In this document: one piece after another, positions 1 to 12,800 of the stretch
Numbering within the stretch: the stretch's first letter is position 1
Layout of the letters: each line of letters opens with the position of its first letter
From: Cirrosporium novae-zelandiae
Taxonomy: Eukaryota
Length of the DNA stretch: 64,000 nucleotides
Reading direction: 5' to 3'
NCBI GenBank assembly: GCA_026023565.1
Contig: JAPETS010000012.1
Location: 310,001-374,000 of the forward strand
The notes under the pieces: generated by a model
The model's database searches: none
What the model was told of the DNA's origin: nothing
The model's input: only the letters and a program-made list of their open reading frames with translations
Program-made: the position numbers and the translations under genes

Positions 1-663
1 ATTTCTCTCCCGCTAGGGAACAGTGCTCCCTTCTCATAGTATCCGATTCGAGGCATGATTTGCTGCTTCCTGTCGTCCGATGTTGATATCCTAATAAAAG
101 CCTCTCTCTCTACTAGTACACAAAAGCATAGAATCAAAGACCGCAGAAGGAAGGTGACCTTGTGCTTATTGCAAAAGAGGGCGCAGTTTTGGGGTGAAAG
201 GGGGGGGGGTCATCCTAAGGTTTCTCTGTTGCTTAGATTATATTTTTTACGATGCAGCCTCATCCAGTTCACTGCGGCGGCACGCCATCCCCCCCCCTAC
301 AGAGATAATAGGATGTTGTAACTTGCCCCACCTTGGAGAGGTTGTTGGCTCCTCGACCTTATCTGCTGTGCATTGGGCACCCTTACAGGATCTCGGTTGT
401 ACAGCCGCATTACGATAGGTGATTCTCTTCTTAATCGATGAATAATTAATCCAAGAGGAGGGAGGATCTTTGATTCCTGTTAATTAGCGAACCGACCACC
501 CTATGGGGGTTGAACGGATGCGGCTCAGACGACGTCACGATAACCCAGTCAGCCAGACGGACAAATGAGAACCCTGGGGTTCTTTAATAGACTATCACAT
601 GAAAATTAATTTCCAGTTTTGGGAAACTTCGTCTTGGTCTTCGCTAACTTGGTCGCCCTCAGT

Positions 664-2066
664 TCAGAAAAGCAATGATTGGTTCATGAGTTCCTTCACC
701 ACCCTCTGCGTTCCTTCTCCCACTTTATACCCTCCCACATTGGTCATACTCATATACGTCTCTGCCCGCCCCCCACCAATAACAGCCCACGCTGTCACAT
801 AATTATATTTATTACTCCCGACATGTGTCAGCGTATATCTGGACCCATCTGGCGACCTATTAGGAGACCTCCAAGCGCCAGGGGTGTAAGGCTCCTCCCC
901 CTCAGCCTTGAGATAAGGCATATGGAGGAAACGAAAATCTTCGGGCGAAAGGCCTAAGGGGGTCTCCTTTCCGCACGCGCCATCCACATGCACCCTTAAA
1001 AACTTATTGTACTGCTCCATGGGACAGTGGACCCTCCCCGCGGAATTAATGGCGGGAGGGCTATCCCGATGCCGTAGGTCCAGCTTTGTCATGGGGAGGG
1101 CAGGCGCGCCCGCAACGGGGTTCCGCTGGTGCGGCCACGGGTTCTCGATCGAGAACCGGCTGCTTTCGTCGTTGGGCCCGAAGCCGCAGTTGCCCATGTC
1201 CAGGGGTGCGAAAAGTCGGCTTCGGATGACAGCCTCCCACGTGCTGTTCGTGATGACATCGATGATCGCTCCCGCGATCACAAAGTTGATGTTGTCGTAT
1301 GCGAATGTTCCCAGCTGGCCTGCTGGCGGCTTGCTCATCGCTCGTTCTGTTATCAGCCACCGCCCTTCCCGCTCAGTGAGCAAGGGGTCATATAAGCTTT
1401 CGTAGAATGGAGCATCCTGGACGTAGTCCCCGACGAGGCCAGACCGATGCGCCGTCAGCATCTTCAGTGTCGTGTTCCGATGCGCATTATCCATTCCAGC
1501 TGAAAGCTCCGGCAGCGCCTGCGCCAGCGTAGTATTCCAAGACAGAACCCCATCCTTAGCTAGCAGTGCCACCAGCGTCGCCGTCATGGCCTTGGTGTTT
1601 GACCCAAGGTGGAACTGGTCTGATTCTCGGATTGTGGGAGGGGAGCCATTTCGTCTTAGGCCTGTCACGCCACAGGCGAAGCTTCCGTTCTTGCTGTGTG
1701 CGGCTGCGAGGCATGGGAAGTTGAGTTGCTTTCGGAGAGCTTCGAGGCGGGATGGGTTTACCGTTTGATGAGGGCGAGGAATTATTGAGAGGGGGATCGA
1801 GAGTCTTTTTTGGGGCGGAGGGTGGAGGGGGGGTTGGTTAGTGCATGCCTGAGAGAGTGGGGGGCGACTGGCTACTTGGGGGGATGGGCGGTAGTAATGG
1901 TGGTAATGGTAATAGCAGCAGTAACAGTAGTAGCATACCTCCAGCCCACCAACTCCCCGAGATTAACCGCACAAAAAACAACTGCGCAAAAGCAAACAAA
2001 AAAAATAATGCGATTTGCCACCCTGCCGCTCCGGTATTTATTATTCTGAGATCGGAAATGACCCAT
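664..2066 (-). CDS. Beta-lactamase/AmpC-family serine hydrolase with N-terminal hydrophobic anchor
   Basis: SxxK (GSNTK), YxN (AYDN), LTAHRSG and C-terminal HVG motifs. The tracked ORF (664-1668) stays open upstream to 1804. An intron 1805-1938 (GTATGC...CTAAC...AAG) joins it in frame to exon 1 (ATG 2066, MGHFRSQNNK...IIFFVCFCAVVFCAVNLG). Confidence 0.85.
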
Positions 2067-2577
2067 CACGGGGATGGGGATGGTCGTTTTTGTTGACTTT
2101 GACAAGGTCATAAATACCATACCATACAACCATACAACCATACAAATAAACAAATAAACAAACAAGTATCGATCGCTTTTTGGTAAAGCGAAAAAGGGCT
2201 GAGGGGAGATTATTCAAGAAAAGGAAAAGGTGTTTGGAATTCTTGGCTAAGGTGATACAAGGTAGAGAGAGGTGAGGGGGGGTTCATGTGGTGCATGCCT
2301 CGTTTTGTGGAAAGCCGATGATAAGTCCCGTGGAAAATAAGAACAAGAAAAAAGGGTAAAGGGGGGCTTACATGGATTTGTAATAATAGTAATTGCTATC
2401 ATAATATTTGATATGAAAGTTTTATTTGTTTTTCAAAGTCTTGAGGAATTGGGTATACAGTACATCAGACCTTACGGCCACTGGCCGTGGCTGTTGACTG
2501 TCCTGAGCCGCACCAAGGTGGTGGTGTAGTACAAGAAGATTGACGTTTAATAGTATTGTAGGTAATATATTTTCCTA

Positions 2578-5266
2578 CTACCAGCTAAATGATTCTTCAA
2601 AATATTCCAGTCCAGTATACCCTTGCTTCAACAAACGATGCACGATCTGCCGCGTATCATCAGCCAGGCATGCTGATCCGCATACCATTACGGCAGTACG
2701 GCAATTTCTGGGTCCCATCCCCACAATGTTTTTCATGGTTTGTTTGATGTCGGGCCGGCCAGAGTTGATCTCCAACTCAAGCTCTGATGGGTTGGCAATA
2801 TCGATGAATCTTTGGGTTTCTTCTTCGCCCGTTTTGTATTCTTCGGAGGAAGAGGTTGCGAACAGCGATATATCAATATTAGGGCGATGAAGTGCAGGAC
2901 GGAGTTCGTAGTTCGCGACGTTGCGAATAAAAGCTCGCTGGCGACATGCCCAGATGAGATAGGTTATGCGTGTCATTGTTGTTCCCTTAGGCTCGGTGAT
3001 TAGGTCGTGGACGTATGGCAGTACACCAGTAATTCCGCTACCGCCCGCTATCAAAATTACAGTCTCGAAGGTCCTCAAGGGACGTCGGGTTCCATACGGA
3101 CCTTCTAGTAAGACTTTGGTCGCTCTAGGTTGGGTTGCTGATCGGAGACAGAAATCTCGTAGCCTTGAGGTGAATCCATCATATGGCCGGATGAGGAATG
3201 TGAGCTTTTGCTCCTCTTCAAATGGCTGTACTTGGATTAGTGATGCCTCCGAGTTAGATCTTGATGACGATCTTGAGGACGATCTCGATGATGGTAAGTT
3301 GTCTTGTGAATCTTTGTCAATACCAACGTTGTTTTCCTTCTTGCCTTGGCTAGGGGATGTCTCTGTTGGTAGTGAGTATGGCCTTCTATAGCCAGGATTC
3401 CAACTTGCCAAAGTAAATGGATGTGATTCCCACCACTTCCAGGACACGGGCATGTATAGATAATAATACTGTCCCAAATCTAGGCGGAGAAGTTTTGCCT
3501 CAGGAATCACATTTAGTCTTATGATGTTAGATTCTCGGTCATAGAACACGGTTGCACTAGTAGCCCATATATACTTGCCACTGTGGCTCACATAAAAGTT
3601 GCAATAAAGCAGTCGCATAACGCGAGCAGCTCTTTCAAATATCCAAAGAGCAACCAGCGGCCACAGATAACAATAGAATCCCTCGACTTTCTTTGCATGG
3701 CTGGTTAGTATGTTAGTTTATGAGGCATTTATCAACGTTATAGACTCTTAAACTCACTAGAATAGTGTGACTAATGCTACAGTAGCAAAGGTAATATGAA
3801 GGGCCAAGAATAAATCATAGCAATGCTTGCGAAACCACATCGAGGAGAAGAAAAGCAAAAATGAGAAGGATATAAGGGCCTAGGCAGCATTAGTCATTGC
3901 TGAAGATACTCGCACAGATAATAGCAGTACGAACAATAGCACCGCATTGCCAGTACTCTTTCGCCCAATTGATTTTATATTTATACAAGCCGCTATCTTA
4001 GAGCGGCATCAGCTCTGTGTAAATCTTTTGCAAAATGATTCACGGAGTACTCACTAAGGATTGTGTAACACGAGTATCCAATACCGTGGATTAATGCCAA
4101 AATAACCTCGACTCGACCAATGGTGCGATGGAATAAATTAAACATCTCGAAATCCCATCCTGTGAGCCACTGGAATATATTATTTCGTCCCGCAAAAAGC
4201 CAGAGCCATGGAAGATTCGAGAAGCACAGGATCCCCGCGCGGTCAGATAAGTAACGTATAATCTGAATCGTTTTTGAATGCCAGCTGGACAATTATGTAT
4301 ATTAGAAGTGTTATTGAGCAAGACAGAGGATACAGACTAGAGATTGCCGTCGAAAGCATGGTAATTGATGGAACATAGAGCAACGCTCAAAGCAACATAA
4401 CTAAATATCACAATCGCTTCAATGCGCGTTGGAATGGTGCACCAGAATATCGACTGCCGATGATTATGGCCAATGACCACGGGGATGGTAAAGTTGGTTC
4501 TGAAAAAATGGCAGAGACGGGAGAGAGGAGAGGCGCCTTTGCTAATGGATTGAGATAGCATAGCGGGAGCATTGTTTTCTAGGTCATTAAGATAGCTATT
4601 TAGACGTTCGTCGTTTATCACAGCCGAGAAGAAATTTGAGATTATTCCTAATATGAGAACTCCGCCCCAGAATCCATAAAAGACAAATCTGCATGCAAAT
4701 GTCAGCTTCCCGTTATGTAATGAGAGGATATTGGTACCCATATCGCCGATGCGACTTCCACTCGAGATTGCGAATATTCTGGGGGGGGGTTAGCATCCAT
4801 AAGCCTCTAGTACCTACGAACATTGACTAACATCTGATTTCAGGGCTCTTGCAAAAAATGTGCGGGAGAGTAAAATGGTTTGATTCCATGTCTCAGACTC
4901 TGAAGTTTTATTGTAGTCGACGATTGGAATATCTGCCATATATGCATTTGTAAAATTCGCTGCAATCGATTGATATGGCGGAAGTGAAATATGGGCATGA
5001 GTTTCACAGATTTCCCGGTAAAATTGAAATCCAGCGACAATCTCATTGGTATTGCAATATACATGAGCGCAAGCATACCAAGAGGAAACCTGAAGTTGAT
5101 TGCCGCATTCTGTTTTCCAACGACTGTCATCCGGATAGCTACCTGCAAATGTGAGGTAGGACAGCCCAAGGTAGCAGCTATCTACGCATCTTTGATTGGT
5201 CGATGTTTCTGACCAAGCAGATACCAGTTGGCAAAAGTAAATAAGACCTAGAAATCCCCAAAGCAT
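2578..5266 (-). CDS. Ferric/cupric reductase transmembrane component (FRE family), multi-exon
   Basis: Signal peptide and Cys-rich N-terminus; ferric reductase TM region (AGRNN, FHRTIGR...IHGIGY); FAD motif HPFT; EGPYG; NADPH motif IAGGSGIT; VCG; C-terminal EESFSW. GT-AG introns separate the ORF pieces. Confidence 0.93.
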
Positions 5267-5543
5267 CGTGAGTGTACATAGAGAGAAATAGAAAATATCA
5301 TAAAAATAATCTAATCAGCTTAAAACGCGAGAAGTAGAACGGCTAGACTACATTCCTTGAGTCGGAAGTTGTCGCAGTATACCCGGTGGAGCTAAATCTC
5401 TTCGGGTAGTTCTTATCCCTTATCTTCCGTAGTGAATTAGAGCAAATCAATAGAACATTGTGAAAGCCAACTATGAATGGCACTTTGTTGAGGATTTTTC
5501 TCCTTGGGTGGGGAAGAATGGAGATGGCGTGGTTATTAGCTCC

Positions 5544-5579
5544 ATCAGATAACTTTGAGTCAACCTTTTGATCAGATAA
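5544..5579 (+). promoter_or_regulatory. Two ATCAGATAA elements (SreA/Fep1-type iron-responsive GATA sites) upstream of the ferric reductase
   Basis: Exact ATCAGATAA at 5544-5552 and 5571-5579, about 280-310 nt upstream of the FRE ATG. They match the established ATCWGATAA consensus. Confidence 0.7.
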
Positions 5580-6834
5580 CAAGACTAAATTACATGATCC
5601 AATCATGTCCTTATCTCAAGGTGACGGTTTCACTCTTCTTTTCGCATTTACTTGGTCACAATTGCTAACCTTTCGAAAATGTTCATACAGTGTCTATCAT
5701 TTACTCCCTCAGCGTATCGCGCTTTCGCCCACTACTTTGCCTCATTGAGCTGATAACCATCTCTACGACAGTTTCTTCCCTCCTTATATTATAGTACGAC
5801 TCCTATCACTTGATATCTTCCAATTCTACTGGCAATAGGACTCAAGCAAACTTCGAAAGCATCGTGGATTTACCACGTAGATCTGGAGAGACATGAGGGG
5901 ATGCAATTGTGAAGAAATGTTTGAGCGAGGCATTGCTGCAAGTCATTAATGGCTTGACAATTACAAGTAAAGGTAGGGTCTGAGGACGTCAATAGCGGAA
6001 GCAGTATTGGAGATACAGAATAATCAGACAGCAACAGGCAGATGGCCCCGAAGAAATTGCGCCTCAAGACATAACTTTTTTTCCTCTAATGTTGGATTAA
6101 AGCATAATGGTAGCGTATGAAGTAAACATTGGTTATTGGGAATTTATAGGGGCTGAGGGAGGGTCGTATGTTTAAAGGTGTAGTCACTTAAAAATGAAAG
6201 CGACTATAAATCTAGAAAAGTGTCTTTGGGAAGGCTTTTCCAAGGTTATTTTTCTGGGTCTGGTCGCTTTCATTTTCATTTTTATCGAAAGGTATAATGC
6301 ATACAATGAGCTGATCTAACCTGTACAAACTAGAAAGTCATAATTATCGGTTTACGATATTGCAGATCACCTTAACGTTTTCCTCATGCACATGCAGGAG
6401 AGCTATAATATCAATGCTCGAGAGATTTTTCTTAACTTTTTGATGACTGCAATAAGTCGAGCTATGCTCAAACAAGGGATGAAGGCAGAGTGAGAGTTTT
6501 CTTATTTCCGAAGAAGGACTAATATATATCAACATATATCATAGAAGGAAGACTAACCAGTTAAGCTTTAGTCTTCCTTTACTTACTATAGATGATGTCC
6601 TAAATTTGCAGAAAGATTCTATACTCCTATCTTATAACCCGATCTTTAACATACAATATATAACCACGGATGTATTAGGTGATACTCTGATAAGAAATCC
6701 TACATTAAGTTATCCTAATCCTAACTATGGGCCCTAATGAATCAAGATTCATAGGATTCCCTCCTAGTGATTTGCTGAAAAGTGTTTTTGTCATACCACA
6801 TTTTCATTTGCTTCAAATGACATATTCTTTCCCA

Positions 6835-7953
6835 TCATTCATGTCCTTGCATTTCCCATTGCTTGTACATCAAGTCGTATAGTTTCAGATCTTGCATTGC
6901 ATCCTTGGCTGTTGTCTTTATTGGCTTTCCGTTGACTAGGCACTCATACATTTCCTTCAATTCTGCCGTATACGCATCTTCATAACTAGTCAGAATCTCC
7001 CGGGTCGTTGACTGTCCATCCTTATCTAACTCGTCTACTTTCACTTTGATCGGCAAACCTTTAACGTAAGGAGTATCATAAAATATGGTTACTGTCTTGT
7101 TCATACCATAGACAGCGAGGTGTGCATCGAACCGTGGGACTCTATCGATACCAGACTCATAATTTACGGCGAAAGGACTACCATCCTTATTACGATAACC
7201 GAAAAGAGCTGTATAGAAAGGATCGTTGGCCGAAACTCCAATCACTTTTTCAGGGAAACCCAAAACCTCTCTCATCAACGACAAGTCATGCGAACCCAAT
7301 GATCCTAAAAATCGGCAATATTGCGTTCGCTTCTCAGTTACTTCGGCACCATTGAAAGCGTCCGACATCATTTTGTTAAGACGTTTGTCGCGCTCTGCAC
7401 TAGTATTAGGAGGATGGTCGTTGAATTTAACAGGGAAGGTCCCTGATTGGCTGACAAAGAGGGAATTTAGTCCCACTATATCGCGAGACCTTGCATACAG
7501 AATTTTTTCAATGGAGGCAACCTCCTCCTTGAATGCCTTTACGAAGCTGTGGGCATAGCGCCGCATATACCCAACAAACACCTTTACACCATTAGATGCA
7601 TTAATCTCAGCGTTATATATCTGTCGTGCAGACTCCAAACTCAGCGTCAACGGCTTCTCGACCATAACATGTTTCCCCGCTCTTAGGGCAGCAATAATGT
7701 ATTCAGCGTGGAAGTCGTCAGATGTGAGAACGAAGATAACATCGATATCAGGACTATCGAAAACATCTTGAGGGTTGGTTGTTGCACGCGGGATACGGAA
7801 AACTTTGGCACAATGCTCCGCAGACTTTTCGGAAATGTCGCAGATTATGGTAGTGGTGTAGTAGTCATGGAGGAAGGTTAGGCATGGGAGATGTCCAACT
7901 TGGGCGATTTCACCAGCGCCGATAATGCCTACATGAAGGATCTTAGAAGGCAT
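6835..7953 (-). CDS. Gfo/Idh/MocA family NAD(P)-dependent oxidoreductase (inositol dehydrogenase-like), intronless
   Basis: VGIIGAGEIA Rossmann motif, GKHVMVEKP, VGYMRRY, and LGSHDL catalytic region. Likely start MPSK at 7953. Confidence 0.9.
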   Translation of the reverse strand: MPSKILHVGIIGAGEIAQVGHLPCLTFLHDYYTTTIICDISEKSAEHCAKVFRIPRATTNPQDVFDSPDIDVIFVLTSDDFHAEYIIAALRAGKHVMVEKPLTLSLESARQIYNAEINASNGVKVFVGYMRRYAHSFVKAFKEEVASIEKILYARSRDIVGLNSLFVSQSGTFPVKFNDHPPNTSAERDKRLNKMMSDAFNGAEVTEKRTQYCRFLGSLGSHDLSLMREVLGFPEKVIGVSANDPFYTALFGYRNKDGSPFAVNYESGIDRVPRFDAHLAVYGMNKTVTIFYDTPYVKGLPIKVKVDELDKDGQSTTREILTSYEDAYTAELKEMYECLVNGKPIKTTAKDAMQDLKLYDLMYKQWEMQGHE

Positions 7954-9878
7954 TTTGAGATCGAGGTAAGGCTTGAGGGATGAGAGATACTGATGAACAA
8001 TTAATGATTTCAAGGTCCGCAGCTAGAGGTGACAATGTTATTAAGCACACCGAAAGTACGCAATATCTATCTCATATAAGATACTGCTCCGACGCGGCTA
8101 TTGTTTAGATTTACTTTATAATTCATGTGACGTGTTGCAGTGGCTTGAGGGCCACTTAAGGTAGACCTGCAGATGTGGTGCGGATGTGGGTAGGGTAAAA
8201 GATTAATATCTGGGATCATTTGGTAAGTTTAGCTCGGTTCGAGAGTGGGGAATGGCGGGGTGGAGGGGTACCAAATTGGCATTGCTTATCGACATATCTA
8301 AGGCTCTTGTCCCAAGCAACAACCCGCTGTCAATGATTTTTCTGGTTCTCTTCTGCAACGGTGTTACACTCTGCAGCTTTTGATCCAAAACAGGACCTCG
8401 AGAGTACATCCCGTTGCAAGTATATTCTTCATTACTGATGAACAAGGAGCCTTCTGATACTTGCAATTAACAACCAGCTCGAAGAATTCATAATATAACG
8501 AAGGAATTTTCACAAAAGGCAGATACGACCATGTCTCTCATTTTGCAAATCGATTATAACCAGATATCGAATATTATAGCTTCAGCGTGACTGAATCCCA
8601 GCAAGTAGATGGGTGATTAAAATAATAAGTAACAGAATTGGAGATAGGCCGCAAAAGTAAACGCTGCGCTATGAATGCTGTCCTCCTTGAACTACTTGTC
8701 TATCTATATGGTCCAGAAACATCCTATGACTTGATCTTCGAAGATGCAGCTCATTTTTCAAAAGCTGAGTTTCACTTTGGTTTTTTTGCTTGAGGTCTTA
8801 GTATGATGCTTTTAGACCTGCTACGACTTACGACTTGCTGCAGAATAGAGACCCCGTCAGAAATTCACATGCTAACTGCTACAGATGATATGGCTATATC
8901 TGACCCAAGATATTGCCCATTATTGAGATCAGCCTAAGCGTCTGCTAGCCAGTAGGGGCATCTGATATTAGAATACCCCCGAACTCGAAGACAAGGCTTA
9001 ATTCTGATAAATGGAGTGGACGATACAGAAAGCTGAATAGGTGATGGGTCAAAAGTTAAGAAATATATGTCTGATAAGACCAGGTGAAACGGCAAATCTT
9101 GAATGTATGAGAAGTATTGAGACATTGGCATGTGTTAGTGGAAGGTTCCATAAGAATTTGGGGCCAACAGTTTGGTTCTCAACAAGCGGAAAACTGGGAA
9201 TTTGCAAGCGACGGCTGGGATTAGCTTGGCTTTGTTAACAAGACTCATTGCATGGTTAATGGGACTCTTTGAATGTCGGATAAATCCGTAGGATGTCTTA
9301 TTTTCTACTATACACGTAACCACATTCAGTCTTACCAAAGTTGATCGTCAATTGAGCTGTGATATGAGATTACAAAATGCTGGTTGGTTTCCATCTTTAT
9401 AATGTTTGCCTAAGGCATGAAAACTCAAAAAGTTCGGGACACCAGACACGGTTAGCGTATGCATCTCGGATGATTGAACTGCATTCAACGCGTCTCCTCT
9501 ATCCGTGTTCAACTCTTTAATTCTATCCTTGTTGGATAGAAATGATTTAAGTGAATCTGTGCTACAATGCCTTTCTACCATACATGAGTAAAAGAAACTA
9601 ATATTTGTTTTAATTAAGAAGCCAAGCTTGAGCTCACGTCATCCCCATCAGGCAAGGAGTGGGCGCTGGCATGCGTCGGCCTTTTCACGAGCTGATTGTT
9701 TTTACTATAGGAGCGGCTGAAAACGCCTCTTATGAGGAGGCATTATGGCTGTATATCACAAGTTAAAATTTCCCTTGTTTATCTTTTGAGTCTTAGCTAG
9801 TAGTTACCTATTTTAACCTGGAGTTTTCCACATCAACTCTTTATTCTCATCTCCCTCTTCTACATTTGTATTCTCTCA

Positions 9879-12800
9879 ATGGCAGCAACTAACCAAGCCG
9901 TAGACAATACTATGGATGGAATTCCAGGTACTGGTACTGCTCCGAACGGAACCAACTCATCAGCATATGCGGTACCTACCTATGACATGCACACCTCCGA
10001 ACCAGCGGGTCAAGGGCAAAATAGTTCGCGCAATTACAGCAAATCCTCAAAAAGATTTCCCCGAATATCAAGGCCAGTGGAGCTGCTGAGAAGCGCATAT
10101 GATGTCGTGGTTATTGGGTCTGGGTATGGTGGAGGTGTGGCTGCCTCCCGCATGAGTAGAGGAAGACAATCAGTTTGTGTTTTGGAAAGGGGCAAAGAAA
10201 GATGGCGTAAGTATACTGCAATATTCAAATATCCCTAGGAATTGGACATATACTTATATAAGAATAACTCATAGCGGGTGAATATCCTAGCAATCTAATA
10301 GAGGCCATGCCCCAACTTCATGTTTCCGGGAATGTTTCAATAACTGGCCAAAGGAGTGTCCCGCTCGACGAGGGAGATCCCACTGGCTTATACCATCTCG
10401 TTGTTGGTGCTGGGCAAAATGCGTTTGTTGGAAATGGTCAGCGGTTATCAGTATTTTCATATCTAAATAGTCGCTAACAATTTATAAGGACTCGGAGGAA
10501 CAAGTCTTCTCAACGCAAATGTATTTTTGGAAGCCGATCAAAAGACTATGGACTTGGAGTACTGGCCAAAGGATATCACTGCTCAAGAACTCAAGCAATG
10601 TGAGTGGGATCGCCGCTGAGAGCTTACATTTGTATATACTAACAAATGTGATCTTTTAGATTACCATCGCGCCAGAAAGGTCCTTCAACCAGAACCCTAT
10701 CCCAAGGAATATCCAGCCTTGCCCAAGTTGGAGGTTTTAGAAAAACAGGCAAAAGCGTTAGGACTCGGGGATAGGTTTTATCGAGTACCTCAGACAACTC
10801 GGTTCGTCGATGGGCCAAATAGTACCGGGGTGGAAATGCAGTCAAGTACCTTGACTGGTATGGATAGTACAGGGGTCAATGACGGATCCAAGTCAAGCAC
10901 TTTGGTTAACTATCTTAGCGATGCATGGAATTGGGGGGCAGAAATGTATGACTCCTTCAGGACCAATCAACGGCTATTCGTCTTCATTGGTTCATTGCAA
11001 ATACTTTTACAGTCTTCCTTGATCGAACCCGCTGACAAGTTAATTTAGGTTCTGCGAATGCGAAGTCCGTTATATGAAACAACATCCTACCAAAGAAGGA
11101 TATCTTGTGTTCTTTGCATGGCACGGTAGCAAGCGTGGAGCATTCAAGCAGAATATTTATGAAGACCTGATGTGGGTCCATGCTAAAATATTTGTCTTCC
11201 TAGGTGCCGGAACCTTGGGTACTGGGGAGATCTTGTTGCGAAGCAAGCAGCTTGGCCTCAGCCTCAGCCAATCAATTGGAACTGGCATGAGTGGAAATGG
11301 TGACATATTAGCATTCGGGTAAGCTGTTTCCTTGGATCACTTCTGAGTATCAGACTCATGGATTTAGATATAATACGGACGAAAACGTGAATGGGATGGG
11401 GAAAGCATTTCCAGACCCAGGGCGGCCAATTGGGCCTACTATTACAGGAGTCATTGATTGCCGCAATCAAGTCAATCCCCTCGATGGATTCGTCATTGAG
11501 GAAGGCGCTGTCCCTGAATCCCTTGTTCCGTTTTTACAGGGGATGCTAGAATTTACCCAAGGAAAGGTCTATCAGAAGGATTCCAACCTTCTTGAAAAAG
11601 CTCGACACATGCTCAGACGTCAAAAGAGTTTCCTTCTCGGACCATACACTCCACACGGAAGTGTCGAACATACTCAAGTCTACTTGATAATGAGCCATGA
11701 CAGTAATCAAGCAACCCTAACACTTGAAAAAGATAGGCCTGTGTTGAGATTCCTGGGTGTAGGCCGCAGTGAGCATGTCAAGTATCTCAATGATATTCTT
11801 GCACAAGCTACAGGGTCTGTGGGAGGCACACAGATCAACAGTCCGTTCTTTGCCTTTTTCAACGAGCAAGAGGTTCGTGACAATCGTGTGTTTTCAGTGT
11901 GTCGCGGCTTACTTTGATAGATTACTGTGCATCCAATCGGTGGTGCGATTATGGCTAGCGATGGGACGCCCGAGACTGGGTCCACTACTCAAATTGGCGA
12001 ACTACTAACTGGCCAAGGAAATGAGTTTCATGAGGGCCTTGTTGTCGTTGATGGCAGTGTGATTCCAACTGCTCTGGGGGTAAACCCGTTTGCTACAATA
12101 ACCGCGTTGGCTGAAAGATCCGTGGAGAAGGTTGCAGAAAAGAAGGGTATAAAGATTGACTATACAACTAAGAATGGTTCACTAGAACTCCAAACCCTCA
12201 CCTAATGTTCATCCAGCTAAGAGATTATCTAGGTGTTCTGGACCTTTTTGGTCAGCCCGCATTCCCGGTTGATGAAGAGGGAGATCTCCTAAAACCAGAG
12301 ATGATTATTAGAGAGGCCCAGGCAACAAGTAGTCCTGGGATTGAGTTCACTGAAGTGATGTCAGGTTTCATTCATCAGGGAGATAATATTGATGACTTCA
12401 ATATTGCGGAGAAGATGGGTCGAGGCTCATGCGAGGCTGCCCGTTTCTTCCTCAGCGTTCGTTCTTGGGATATTGATACTCGTAAGTTATCAGGCCGGTG
12501 ACATGATATTTATCCCGGATCTGAAACCTTCATATTACTTGGACTAATAAATTACAGTACTTTCTCGAGACGATCATCCTGCCATGTTGACAGGAACCTT
12601 CACGTGTGGAGCCCTCCCAGGAAGCCCTTTTATGGTTCTTCGCGGAAGCTTCCAATTATTCAACGAAGACCCACGAACACCAAATACTCGTAACTTGACT
12701 TATGACTTTGATATGGTAGGAACCGATGGAAGCAAAATGCATTTCAATGGCTATAAGGTAGTCAATTCTTCAGTGGCATTCTCGCCATTAGCAACTTGGA

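Noticed and set aside
1..56. Possible minus-strand gene start (ATG at 56, MPRIGYTMRR...) running off the left edge
   Set aside because: Only 18 codons are visible, too few to support a call.
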